Below are positions 24,201-33,944 of a stretch of DNA of 64,000 nt, piece after piece. Positions within the stretch are counted from its first letter, which is position 1, and every line of letters starts with the position of its first letter. A program made the position numbers and the translations under genes. Origin of the DNA: Mizuhopecten yessoensis (taxonomy: Eukaryota); the NCBI RefSeq assembly GCF_002113885.1, contig NW_018408780.1, positions 245,543 through 309,542 of the forward strand. The letters run 5' to 3'. The notes beneath the pieces are model-generated. The model was not told where the DNA came from, made no database searches, and was given only the letters and a program-made list of their open reading frames with translations.

Positions 24201-27200
24201 TACATATATTGTACTATATATGTGACTACTTGAACCATCATATACTGGATCAGGTGCCAAAGAAAACCTACCTATGTGGTCGTTGATAGATTCACTCTTA
24301 GCAAGGGCCATTAGGAACCCGTAGAAGGACACCCTCGGAACATTAAACAGAATCTCCTTCAGATAGTTTCCTGGTGGTGTGCTGATGATAAATGAGATAT
24401 TCTGTTACAAGTTAGGTTATTTGTAGTGTAAACAACAAACATATATTAAAACTTCATCTTGATTGTATATCGTAAATCTTGAGAGTATTTATGGTGCCTT
24501 TTAACTTGGATACCCTCAGTACCTGTAGATTCCAAAGTTTTTCCAAGGTCCCATTAACATAACCAGGTTGGAATACATAGCCTAGAAAATTTTGAAAATA
24601 AAATCATCAAATTCTTCTGTATCTACATCCAAACTAAAATTACAAAATTTTGATTTTCACATGATGTTACATTAACAAACAAATTTAAAAGCACATTGTT
24701 TACTTTTGCCTTCTATAAATTCCTACGTTTGCTTCAAAAATACGAAAATTCTTCACTCTTCTGTTGTCATTGTGTAGTATACTGAAAAAAGAGCTGTGTT
24801 GCTCCGTTTCCCATTTTTTGTTCATTGTACTCCGTTTGTTGTTGTCTAGTAAACTAAACAAGGTTTAGAGTACTTCTTTCTTCATTTCCTAGTGTGCTTG
24901 ACAAGATTTCCGGTATTGCTTTCTCTGTTGTCTAGTGCTCTTGATAAGATTGTGAGTATACTCCCTTTTCAATGTTATTGGGTACTCCCTTCTCTGTTCT
25001 CTAGTATACTGCGATTTTTAAGTATTCCCTTTCCCGTTGCCCATCATAATTCAAGGACCATAATTTGGGCACTCTATTCCATGTCTTGTTTTCTAGACAA
25101 ATTATTTTATTAATCCATAAAAATAACAATACATTTACCTGATGGTCCAGTACATGTAATTAATCTAATTAAAATTCCGTCAAATATTAAGAATTTTGCA
25201 TAGAAGTGGTCCATACAGAAAATACTTACCTGAAGGTGGATCGATCACACAGAGGGTATACAGCCCTGAAATACTGCATGGCGTCAACGCCATCAGAAGG
25301 ATGGTGGCTATTCTGGTGGACCTTTGTGTCTTCTGTCCCTGATGGTACCACCACTGGGTCCCGAGGACTACGCTGGGTCTGCATCAGTGACAGGTAAATC
25401 TCATGGCACTTTTCCATAAACTCTAAAACATTGAAATAGTGTTCTTTTNTAATTATTTTTTCATTTTTTACAAGACAAGACAAAACATATATGACATTGT
25501 TCCTCAGTACATGATTGTTCATACAATTTAAACAAAGATCATCATCATCATCATCAGACATCATCATCATCATCATCATGTAAGATATTATTATTAACAC
25601 ATAAGCAGATATTAAGCAAAAAATTGCCCATGTCATGTACATACATAAAGACATACACCGAGACGCTGATGCAAAAACAATATATATAAACCTATGACAT
25701 CAAACACACAAGAGAAAAAACAAATAAACTGAAACAGAAAAAAAACCCCACAAAACATTACAGGGGATGGGGAGCACTCCTTGGTCATTATATTTTAACT
25801 TAAGCCTGGCGAATTAAAATGTATGAATATTTGATGATTATTATTACAATGAGGAGACGATAAAGTACAATAGATGTATATATGTATAGAACAAATATGT
25901 CATATATATATATATATAGTCATATTATAATTGCATCCAGTTATCTATTTGATGATTAAACTCATCCTTATTTATTAATTTATTCTGTTAGTAAAATCAT
26001 GATAAATGAATTGTATAATACTAAATTATGATGATCTTTTATTGAAAAACTGGTAACAAAAACTTGTAAAATCCTTTATTTTCAGTTTCAGATATTACAA
26101 CGATGTGCTGTTTTTAAATAACAAGAACTTTATTGACAACATCCATCATATACTGTGTGCCCTCCAGAACATGGTTTCAAAAACACTACTAGGATGCTTT
26201 TGACTTTTTAACTGTGATTGTGAACTTTCCCTTTTTTGATAGCAACACCTCTGTTTCCCTTACATACAGTGTCATCATGTCGCAGTTGAATAGCAACACC
26301 TCCGGTTCCCTTACATACAGTGTTGACATGATTCATGTCACAGTTGAATGGCTATTTAAATGTTTGCTCAGAAAATCATTATTTCTGATGGTTGACAGAC
26401 AAACTTACAACACAGAGCATCGAGATATGCTATTTTCTTGTGTGATTTATGAAGGTCAAAATATTTTATTATGCTCTTTTAATTTTTTGCTTTGTTGTTC
26501 CATTGTCACTAACTCAGTTCTTGCTAAGAAGATGTCACACCACTTGGATTTGACTTTAACTAACATGGCAGGCTTTAACAATGAAGCAAAAAATGCCTAC
26601 ACTTTCGTTTACATAAACAAAAAATCATGTGTATCATTATCTACCTTCATAATAAAACTGTACTTGGAAAGCATAGATGAAGTCAGCGAAGGATATTAGG
26701 CAGTCCAAGGCATCATCCAGCAGTATTATTCTGAAATCAGTAATATTACAATCAGTTTTGAATTACTAATCAGACCTGTCCATGTATATCAGTTGTTATA
26801 AGAAAGATTTATTTAAGATTCTTTCAAATTAACAATAACAAAAACAAAGGTGCTACGGATACTGGATAAGAGAACAGAACATCGAAGGTCCTTTATCAGT
26901 TATCACAAGGAAATATATCTTTTATAATAAGAAATATAATTTTCACCAAAGATTTTATTTTGCCTCTAAAATTTATTTCTTTACAGATCACAAGTCATTA
27001 TTTCTTTACAGATCACAAGTCATTATTTCTTTACAGATCACAAGTCATTATTTCTTTATAGATCACAAGTCATTATTTCTTGCTCACCTTGCAGTCTTCT
27101 GTACAGGTTCAAATGGAAAGTCTGGACACAACAGTGACAACAAAGAGTGATACTCCTGGATACTCAGTAGATCTACAACACAACAACAAGTACATCTACT

Positions 27201-29764
27201 GTACAACCACAGTACAGCAAGGGACGGAACAATCCATCAATCACATAGAAAATAGGGCTACACTAGAATGCTAATGTCGTAACTACATCATGTATTAAAT
27301 TACGGTGTACAAAATATCAGGATTCGACTGGTTTTTTTTTCCACAAATAAAGATTAAATAAGAGGTCGATCCTTTTGATAATCAAAAGATTCTTGAAACA
27401 TGAATTAGTATAAAAATAATGCTAAATGGTTAATATTGTTACAAAGCAACACTAAGTACAGCTGAAGTAATGTTTTAATTTCTTAAAATGCAAATATAAC
27501 ATATTGAAACAATATTGTATGTACATTTATGTAGTAATTGTTGTCAATGTATACTTAGTACTGACCTCCTTTTTTACCAATCTGTCTGTAGCACTTCCAG
27601 AAAAGTCGAACAAAGGAGGCTCTGTTATGTGGAGTGGACTTTACAAAATTGTACTCTCTAAACATGGTGTGGTTGCCATCTCGTAAACTGTTGAAGCTAA
27701 ACACAACAAAACATATACAAAACACAGTTAAAGCAAAATATTGAAAAGTAGTAGTATCATCTGATGATGTTGTGTGAAGAGAGTGTTATGCTGAACCATG
27801 AATAGTTTCTAATTGTGTGTGTGTGTGTGTGTGTGTGTATGTATATGTCATGTTTTGTAATTGTGTTTTAAAAAAAGACTTGAAAAAACACAAGAGGCCC
27901 AATGGGCTTGCATCGCTCACCTGGTATTCAAAAAATCTCACACTTGCAATCTTAAAAGTGGACTACAGTATAGCTACAAGCAGAATATCAGTGTTTGATT
28001 CATAAGAACCTATTAAAAGATTTAAACATATGACGCCTGTGACCTTGAATGTCGAACAAGGACATTAGGTAGAAAGTGAGTCAAGTTCATTTATTTGAAC
28101 AAACTTGGTAGCCCTTCATCCCAACATGCTACAGGCCCAATTTCAGTACCCTGGGCCTTTTGGTTATTGAGAAGTTGTTTGAAGCTTTTAAGACATTTGA
28201 CCCCTGTTACCTTGAAAGTTGGTCAAGGTCATTCAATTGAACAAACTTGGTAGCCCTTCATCCCAGCATGCTACAGGCCCTATATCTGAGTTCCCTGGGC
28301 ATTTTGGTTATCTAGGAGAAGTCATTTGAACAGACTCAACACTGCTTTCCCCAATGGTATCAATACCAAGTGATGATGATGACGTCACAATTTGTGAGGT
28401 CATGGTTTGATGACGTCATTGTGTTGTGTTGATGTCGTGGTAACAGTGTTATGACGTCATCAAGATCAGCGTCATAGTTACTCATCATGTTTGTCAAGAT
28501 GGATGTGACTAATGGAATCTTCCCCTACCTTGAGGGTGTGACAGAGAAATCTCCAACCCGAGGGGTGATGTGTTTTGGTTGTCTAACCCGAGGCTCTAGG
28601 AAATGATTATTTTTCTCCCATCCTATTATTTTAGTCACAACTCCACCGACAGCAGTCTGTGATGTTTGTAAACAAAAACACATGTGGGGTATGCATATCG
28701 TCATTCACTTTTGATGACGTCACAATGACCGATGACGCATTTTAATGATGTCACAATTGAACATGTGCTAATCGGCACGAGGCTATCTCCCCCTAGGGGA
28801 TGACAAGCTGATCTTTCCCGGCTAAAACGTGAGACACACCTGTGAAGGGTACATGGGAGAAATAGAGGTCCAGTGACATTTAAAGTTTCTTAATAAAGAC
28901 TGTTTATCTAACCAAGTCAGCTACTTGGTCACCAGGGATAGACTTAGTCCAGTTCCACTACAAATATACATAATTTATACTGTACTTACTATTCACTGAA
29001 GAATTTAACAGCATTTGTTTTAGGGTTCTCCTCTCTGTGCTCCAACAGCTGAGCAACACTGTCTTCTAAATACACAAGAATATTGTGTTTTGCTGAAAAA
29101 TAAATAATACAACAGATTGCACATCACAAGACAGTACGTGATTTATACTTGACTTTACTAGACATTAATTATCAGTCCCTCTAGCTATTAAAACCATTAC
29201 ATGTAGGTTATGCCATGTTTAATATAGAAGCTCAAGCATGCAGTTTCTTTTGATCTTTATAATTTCCAAATAAAGAATACATGGTTTAATTTTTTATGTT
29301 CTTCCACAATTTAAATTATTGCTGACAAGAACACCACAGTAATAGGTCACAACTTTTGTACATCTAGTTTCATGATACCTGTAACATGTAGTACTTCCTC
29401 AACCCATAGGGGTTTATTACAAATGAGACATGAAATTACTCGAGGCTTGTATTAGGAATATAAATATATGATCCAATCCATTTAATATATTCTCATTTGA
29501 AAAGGACCACCCTGCTCCAACATTATTGAAGTAAAATCTGGTGCTGAATTTTGGCACTCAATCTCGGCGATTCAGATAGTGAAAAGTTATGACATAAAAT
29601 GGTGTATCGACTTTTCAAAAACATTCCTCATTTTAATGATGGTTATTAAAACTCATAAGCGCAGCTGATTTAAATAAGTGGAAAACATTCAATGAATTCT
29701 TCCATTGCAAAATCTTACCCAGATACTTTTCAGCAGTCATGGAAAATCTGTCCTCTGTCGTCAT
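3022..29764 (-). CDS. CSTPP1: Spliced gene: centriolar satellite-associated tubulin polyglutamylase complex regulator 1 (C11orf49/UPF0705 orthologue); core isoform about 351 aa
   Basis: Exons 29719-29764, 28990-29092, 27566-27696, 27088-27172, 26645-26730, 25230-25422, 24272-24381, [22373-22427 or 21524-21578] and 3022-3268 all have GT-AG boundaries and compatible phases, totalling 1056 nt. Translation MTTEDRFSMTAEKYLAKHNILVYLEDSVAQLLEHREEN...TPHNRASFVRLFWKCYRQIGKKGDLLSIQEYHSLLSLLCPDFP...DDALDCLISFADFIYAFQVQFYY...SFYGFLMALAK matches human C11orf49 motifs as recalled (TPHNRVSF, LLCPDFP, DDAMDCLMSFSDFLFAFQIQFYY, TFYGFLMALSK). Confidence 0.95.
5901..6090. mobile_element. Same palindromic MITE family, copy 2
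   Basis: Near-complete fold-back; arms near-identical to copy 1. Confidence 0.85.
6671..6676 (-). CDS. CSTPP1: Candidate 6-nt micro-exon (ACCTAG)
   Basis: actaac branch point...ttgcatgtccattgtgcttcag|ACCTAG|gtaaag; phase 2-2. Confidence 0.5.
   Translation of the reverse strand, partial: T
9091..9173. mobile_element. 83-bp TTAA-flanked MITE, subfamily A (piggyBac-like ends)
   Basis: CCCTTTCACC...GGTTGAAAGGG; other copies at 21243 and 40671. Confidence 0.8.
9598..9666 (-). CDS. CSTPP1: Candidate 69-nt cassette exon (xNPSGQTVAINPQLTVPNPQAHAx)
   Basis: tgaccattttacag acceptor, CAG|gtatct donor; phase 2-2, open; GC-richer than its flanks. Confidence 0.55.
9940..10610. repeat. 36-bp minisatellite, about 18 copies including the degenerate left edge
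   Basis: Unit tagtcaaggtcaaacatcagcatgtatacattataa; source of the ORFs at 10062-10685. Confidence 0.95.
11907..11987. repeat. 27-bp tandem repeat x3
   Basis: ataatacaaacgggggcagtatacacg. Confidence 0.9.
12977..13021 (-). CDS. CSTPP1: Candidate 45-nt cassette exon (xDISILVDTDVGYRFx)
   Basis: cttttactaccatttgcag acceptor, TT|gtaagt donor; phase 2-2, open. Confidence 0.6.
13518..13538 (-). CDS. CSTPP1: Candidate 21-nt micro-exon (xPPVQLAx)
   Basis: atgctctgtgattctttctcag|GCCACCCGTACAGCTTGCTAA|gtaagt; phase 2-2, open. Confidence 0.65.
   Translation of the reverse strand, partial: ATRTAC
14650..14817. mobile_element. Degenerate TA-flanked MITE (pogo/Tigger-like ends)
   Basis: tacagctaaacctgccttatc vs inverted right end ttcagaaaaacctgtcaaatc; similar remnants near 4560-4830 and 36228. 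Confidence 0.4.
15751..15765 (-). CDS. CSTPP1: Candidate 15-nt micro-exon (xKKPTx)
   Basis: gactaat branch-like site...tatgtttacag|TAAAAAGCCAACAAA|gtaagt; phase 2-2, open. Confidence 0.6.
15835..17200. repeat. 37/38-bp minisatellite, about 36 copies
   Basis: Unit ttgtt(a)6-7taacatccatccccaagttcactgcc. Confidence 0.95.
17731..17813. mobile_element. 83-bp TTAA-flanked MITE, subfamily B
   Basis: 16-bp TIR CTCATTCACCCCTGAA; other copies at 49845 (inverted) and 59552. Confidence 0.8.
18367..18421 (-). CDS. CSTPP1: Candidate alternative terminal exon of CSTPP1 (xFPRIHELKSCLVNGSIS*)
   Basis: Strong acceptor gtttctctttttctcag; phase-2 entry is open to TAA at 18367-18369; no good internal donor. 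Confidence 0.5.
19808..20024. repeat. 40-bp minisatellite, about 5 copies
   Basis: ctgtacattcaaccaatcacaggaactgtaacattatcga. Confidence 0.9.
20063..20125 (+). mobile_element. 5'-truncated retroposon (SINE/LINE 3' end) with (CAAT)n tail and 14-bp TSD
   Basis: TSD tgtgtaccatgtat at 20049-20062 and 20126-20139; tail ...gtaaagccccaccaatcaatcaatcaatca. Confidence 0.75.
20643..20803. mobile_element. Degenerate hAT-like MITE
   Basis: TIR CAGTGTTCC/GGAACACTG; 8-bp flanks atatatat/atagatac (6 of 8 match). Confidence 0.5.
20938..21115. repeat. 40-bp minisatellite, about 4.5 copies
   Basis: gaaggaggagtgaagttaagtacatgggttgaggttttgt. Confidence 0.9.
21243..21325. mobile_element. 83-bp MITE subfamily A copy
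   Basis: Aligns to the 9091 and 40671 copies; right flank TTAA. Confidence 0.8.
21524..21578 (-). CDS. CSTPP1: CSTPP1 exon 8b (GRLPPKAELLEGADSELT), mutually exclusive candidate
   Basis: 55 nt, phase 1 to 2, gttttcag/gtaagc; paralogous to 8a. Confidence 0.85.
22373..22427 (-). CDS. CSTPP1: CSTPP1 exon 8a (GWMPQKSELLEGPESEIA), mutually exclusive candidate
   Basis: 55 nt, phase 1 to 2, tttacag/gtaagg; paralogous to 8b. Confidence 0.75.
22445..22822. repeat. Low-complexity (ACTGTAC)-based array
   Basis: Irregular repeats of actgtac/atatt/acact ending about 17 bp from the exon 8a acceptor. Confidence 0.9.
23130..23471. mobile_element. 342-bp MITE with about 65-bp TIRs and 9-bp TSD (Mutator-like by TSD length)
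   Basis: CATCCTCGATATCCAGGGGTTACG...CGTAACCCCTGGATATCGAGGATG; TSD TGGCTAGAC at 23121-23129 and 23472-23480. Confidence 0.9.
24272..24381 (-). CDS. CSTPP1: CSTPP1 exon 7 (STPPGNYLKEILFNVPRVSFYGFLMALAKSESINDHI)
   Basis: atcag acceptor, gtaggt donor, homology. Confidence 0.93.
25230..25422 (-). CDS. CSTPP1: CSTPP1 exon 6 (EFMEKCHEIYLSLMQ...YPLCDRSTF)
   Basis: ttttag acceptor, gtaagt donor; is the 3' part of ORF 25226..25654. Confidence 0.93.
26026..26435 (+). pseudogene. Decayed Penelope-like retroelement reverse-transcriptase fragment
   Basis: Reads KLVKSFIFSFRYYNDVLFLNN (cf. FRYIDDVLSLNN) and, after a frameshift/deletion, IVNFPFFDSNTSVSLTYSVIMSQL (cf. IVNFPFLxSNIPxxPAYGVYISQL). Confidence 0.7.
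26645..26730 (-). CDS. CSTPP1: CSTPP1 exon 5 (IILLDDALDCLISFADFIYAFQVQFYYE)
   Basis: tttcag acceptor, gtagat donor, homology. Confidence 0.95.
26976..27081. repeat. 25-bp tandem repeat x4 abutting the exon 4 donor
   Basis: tttctttacagatcacaagtcatta. Confidence 0.9.
27088..27172 (-). CDS. CSTPP1: CSTPP1 exon 4 (DLLSIQEYHSLLSLLCPDFPFEPVQKTAR)
   Basis: tgtag acceptor, gtgagc donor, homology. Confidence 0.95.
27566..27696 (-). CDS. CSTPP1: CSTPP1 exon 3 (FNSLRDGNHTMFREYNFVKSTPHNRASFVRLFWKCYRQIGKKG)
   Basis: ttag acceptor, gtcagt donor, homology. Confidence 0.95.
27890..28332 (+). mobile_element. Bivalve-type non-autonomous element with internal ~142-bp tandem repeat (Helentron/HINE-like)
   Basis: Start acaagaggcccaatgggc...cgctcacctg; repeated block tgaacaaacttggtagcccttcatccca at 28096 and 28238; related inverted remnant near 38690-39000. 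Confidence 0.55.
28990..29092 (-). CDS. CSTPP1: CSTPP1 exon 2 (AKHNILVYLEDSVAQLLEHREENPKTNAVKFFSEY)
   Basis: tttttcag acceptor, gtaagt donor, homology. Confidence 0.95.
29719..29764 (-). CDS. CSTPP1: CSTPP1 coding exon 1 (MTTEDRFSMTAEKYL, phase 1)
   Basis: ATG at 29764; donor G|gtaaga; joins exon 2 in frame. Confidence 0.9.
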
Positions 29765-29892
29765 TTTTGCAGCAGAAAATATAAATTTGTTCAAACGGTA
29801 CAGTTTTTATTTTGTTTTAACAACGTTAAACCGATTGTCAAGAAGACGTCTGGAAATGGCAAGAAAGTGTAAAAGTTCTCAGACAGTTAAGC

Positions 29893-29915
29893 GTCCATGA
29901 CACTTTCCTAGCAAC
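29893..29915 (-). promoter_or_regulatory. Candidate RFX X-box(es) in the CSTPP1 promoter
   Basis: GTTGCTAGGAAAG (minus strand, 29903-29915) plus adjacent GTGTCATGGAC, about 130-150 bp upstream of the ATG of a cilia-associated gene. Confidence 0.5.
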
Positions 29916-31226
29916 CGAGACAATTATGTCAAGACAATCGATAGAAATAATAATTATCGTGCAAGAAATGCATAATGAACACAGAAATGCCTTAACTATA
30001 GATAAAATAACAAGTTTTGTTTAGTCGAACACTGTTTGGCGCCGTGATTTCTCAAAATCTGTCTGTGCCTTTCGGTAGGCCTATCGTTTGGCCATTTTCG
30101 TTTTGACTATGTAAAGCTAGGACAAGTACCTGTTTTCTTATTTTCGTATAATAGAAAATGTTTCATAAATCCCATATAACAATATTATCATTTTCTGTTA
30201 TGAAATAAAAGGATAATTTAGATGAATCCTTCAACATTTTGTATTTATAGCGTCATTTAATTGTTGTTGATATGATCTATTTACGAAAATATTTCATCAA
30301 TCTACTAAAAATTAACTGTTCGTACAAATTACAAATGCATATTGAAACGAAACGCAATTATAATCAAAGTTCGTCTGCTAACATTTGCAATGAATTCAGA
30401 ACTCTTTTTTGAATAACTTAAAATATTATTTCTTTAGCAAATACACTAGATGAGTACAAATCAAAAAGTCTTAGCCTGGCAAATGATGAAGTACATGTAT
30501 AAAAAGAATGGTACTGTAGGGTTAGTGATGATCAGGTAAAATAATAATTATTATGTATTATTGTGTTAGGAAATACAATTTTGTTGATTAATTATCGAAT
30601 ATGATACACACATATCCTATTCTGTGCTATCTGAACCGTCACCGGATTGATTTTCTTCATTTTTTATTATTTTTCTTCCATTTTTAAAGGACCCCATTGG
30701 AAATAAGCCACTTTGTGGCTTTATGTGTAATCCTAGGTAAATGGCAATCACCACCACTCCTATTATGCGATCTATTTTTTATTTATAAATACCTTCATTT
30801 ACTAAAATAGTTTGTCTCATTTTGTCTCATTATAGTAATATCTGCCTTCTTTTTTTTACAGTGTATCAGACTTTTTAGATTTTCATACTGATATATGTCA
30901 ATGATTGAATTAAAAAAACTTTTATTAGGTCAGATCTATTATTATTCTCAGTCTTAATACAAAAAATCTTTTTTATTTACAAGCTGAAATGTGATTTTAA
31001 TTATATATTTTATTCTAAATTGTGATATCTTGTAATTACATTATTTTTAAAGTGAAAAGAGTGATGCGTAATTTAAAATGCATTGATTGCCCGCCACCAC
31101 ATGTCTTATTTATACGTCTCTGATTAAAATAACTTCATTAAATCATTGAATAAATGCAATACCACCTGGTAATATCCCTTCAATATAAATAATATTTCAA
31201 GCGGGAATGGAAATAGTAAATTAAAT

Positions 31227-31234
31227 CCGGAAGT
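31227..31234 (+). promoter_or_regulatory. ETS/GABP-type motif CCGGAAGT in the divergent promoter region
   Basis: Exact motif, about 380 bp upstream of the plus-strand ATG. Confidence 0.35.
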
Positions 31235-31609
31235 ATATATTGTGTTATTTTTAAAGGCCAAAAGGGCACTGACAGCTTTAAAGCTGTTGGTGCAAATAGC
31301 TGCACAGCAAGCTACTGTAAATTTTGTGGGCGGACCTTGTGATTAAACTCAACAGCACATAAGCCAATAACTGTTGGAGGACAACACTGTGATATCATTT
31401 ATTTCCGACCTTCGTCAAGTTCTCGTAGCGTGATCAAAAAGGAATGGTTCGTTTCGTTTTATAAGGCAATAGAGTAGATTCGTAAATTCAACACAACCAA
31501 TCTGATCAACTGTGCACTGATTACAAGCAGTGAAAAAGTTGTAAACATTGGTTTGTACTTGGATGTTTTTACTCTGAAATGAGAGCCCGTGCATTTCTAA
31601 GATGCGAAA

Positions 31610-31655
31610 ATGAAGATTTTGGTCGCAGTGGTATTACTATGCACCACTTTTAACG
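31610..31655 (+). CDS. First coding exon of a divergent secreted/membrane protein gene (signal peptide MKILVAVVLLCTTFN, phase 1); identity unresolved, LRP4 suspected
   Basis: aaaATGA start context, basic n-region plus hydrophobic h-region, strong G|gtaagt donor; lies in a CpG-richer stretch (about 31200-32050). Confidence 0.7.
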
Positions 31656-32940
31656 GTAAGTGTATCAAAAACCTTTTATTTGCTTCGTATGCAGACTTTG
31701 TTTCAGAACATACACGATCGAAAGTATCAGAGAGTTCAGCGTGCGATCAACTTTGAGACCCTTTAAACTTGAGTTGTAGACAAAGCCGCTGGAACAAGCT
31801 AGACAGATATATACTCATCATGATCATGACATAGAATGATAGTAGCGGCAAACCACTGCTGTCAAGCCAAGTTCTTAGCGAATTTTTGGAAATTGCAGTA
31901 CTTTTTGTTGGAATACACAGCGTTGTGTATTCCAAATGGAATACATAGCGTTGTGTATTCCATTGAAGACCATGCAAAGCCGACTATCCGTCGTTTTGAG
32001 ATAGTCTTTAAATGCTCGGGTCGTTGATGAGGATGATTCTGTACCATACAATTTTTTTCTTATCTCAAATTAAAAGATATTTGAGTTGTCAAGATTAACC
32101 AATTTTTCTTACAGAGACTTAATTTCTCTGTTTAAATGAATATCTATCAGACAAATACATGTTGATGTACTTGAAGTAGTAATAGATGACTACATATATA
32201 ATTGTCTCCAAAAAAGCAGTTTTCCTGAAATTTCTTTCAAGCATAGGAATTGGAAACATCACCAATATTTTACTACATGGAAATTATTGCATAATTTAAA
32301 TTTCCCTACCACACTATTTGTCATCTTCTTTTTCAAACACACTTTTCTTTAACTGTACGATCACTTCTGTTTAACTATTGGACCATCAGTGCATGAGTAA
32401 AATTATTTACAGGTAGGGAATATAATGAATTTGTGTTTTATGCACCTTATTTTACTTTCTAACATTCACAAATTCAGATGCAGATGTTTTATTTCATTTC
32501 ATGTTTTTGAAACAAAAAAACCCCATAACAGTCATATAAGAAATATAACTGTATTTGTTGAAAAAAACAGAATGCTTATTTATAACAAGAATTTATGTTT
32601 TTGGTCTGGTGATATGAAATCTTGTAATAATAAACTTGAAAAAACTTGTACAAGAATCTGCCATTAACTATCATTAAATTATCCTCTCACTCAAAGGAAT
32701 GGTGTGGTCTTAATACAGGACTATATAAAAGCATTTATACTGAACTATACAGTCAATATGTTGCTGGTACAATTTGCCACCTTATTGGACTTACTGTTGT
32801 ATTAATGTGGTAATCTGTGGATTTCAGAAAAAAAGTGCTGGTATCTTACTATCATTTAAAAAGTGGCTATTTTGGTTAAACTTATTTCAATAGAGTCTTT
32901 AGCTTGTAATTTATACATGTGGTTTTAAAGTGTTGTTTAT

Positions 32941-33525
32941 CCCAATCTAATTAAAATCAGATCCTAATTCCTGATTGTCTTCGAAGGGTATCGTAGAGGA
33001 ACAGGAATTAGGATACGAGTGTCGTAGAGGAACAGGAATTAGGATACGAGTGTCGTAGAGGAACAGGAATTAGGATACGAGTGTCGTAGAGGAACAGGAA
33101 TTAGGATACGAGTGTCGTAGAGGAACAGGAATTAGGATACGAGTGTCGTAGAGGAACAGGAATTAGGATACGAGTGTCGTAGAGGAACAGGAATTAGGAT
33201 ACGAGTGTCGTAGAGGAACAGGAATTAGGATACGAGTGTCGTAGAGGAACAGGAATTAGGATACGAGTGTCGTAGAGGAACAGGAATTAGGATACGAGTG
33301 TCGTAGAGGAACAGGAATTAGGATACGAGTGTCGTAGAGGAACAGGAATTAGGATACGAGTGTCGTAGAGGAACAGGAATTAGGATACGAGTGTCGTAGA
33401 GGAACAGGAATTAGGATACGAGTGTCGTAGAGGAACAGGAATTAGGATACAAGTGTCGTAGAGGAACTGGAATTAGGATACGAGTGTCGTAGAGGGAATT
33501 AGGATCTGATTTTAATTAGATTGGG
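32941..33525. mobile_element. TIR element (31-bp perfect TIRs, CCC...GGG) filled with a 31-bp satellite x~16
   Basis: TIR cccaatctaattaaaatcagatcctaattcc at 32941-32971 and inverted at 33495-33525; unit gtcgtagaggaacaggaattaggatacgagt. Confidence 0.9.
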
Positions 33526-33944
33526 TTTCTCCTAAGTATATTAACTATAGCAGACTTATATTACTGGAGCTTTATAATAACATTGTGTATATAACATTGT
33601 GATGTCATTCATCACTTGTCAGTTCATGCACAAGTTTACATGACATGTTTAGTACCTTAGTTTACTCTTATACTTACGACATCTAACAGCCATTGAACTT
33701 TATATGCTGATATGTCGTAAAGAGCACTATACCATGATATTAAACATATCCAAAAATAACAATTGTGTCCATTTATTAACAGGGTATCTGCACTGACCTA
33801 TAATTTCTATGTTATGTACCTGAGTTGTTAAGTATTATTTTTGTGTTTTATTTTACAAAAAATGACCATAATATAGTCATAACAGTGTCATACATGTGTG
33901 ACAGAGTATATGTCAGCACTCTCCTGTTACGCATGTATCAAATA

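Noticed and set aside
32990-33494. 31-bp repeats resembling a CRISPR array
   Set aside because: Head-to-tail with no unique spacers, no cas genes, eukaryotic context.
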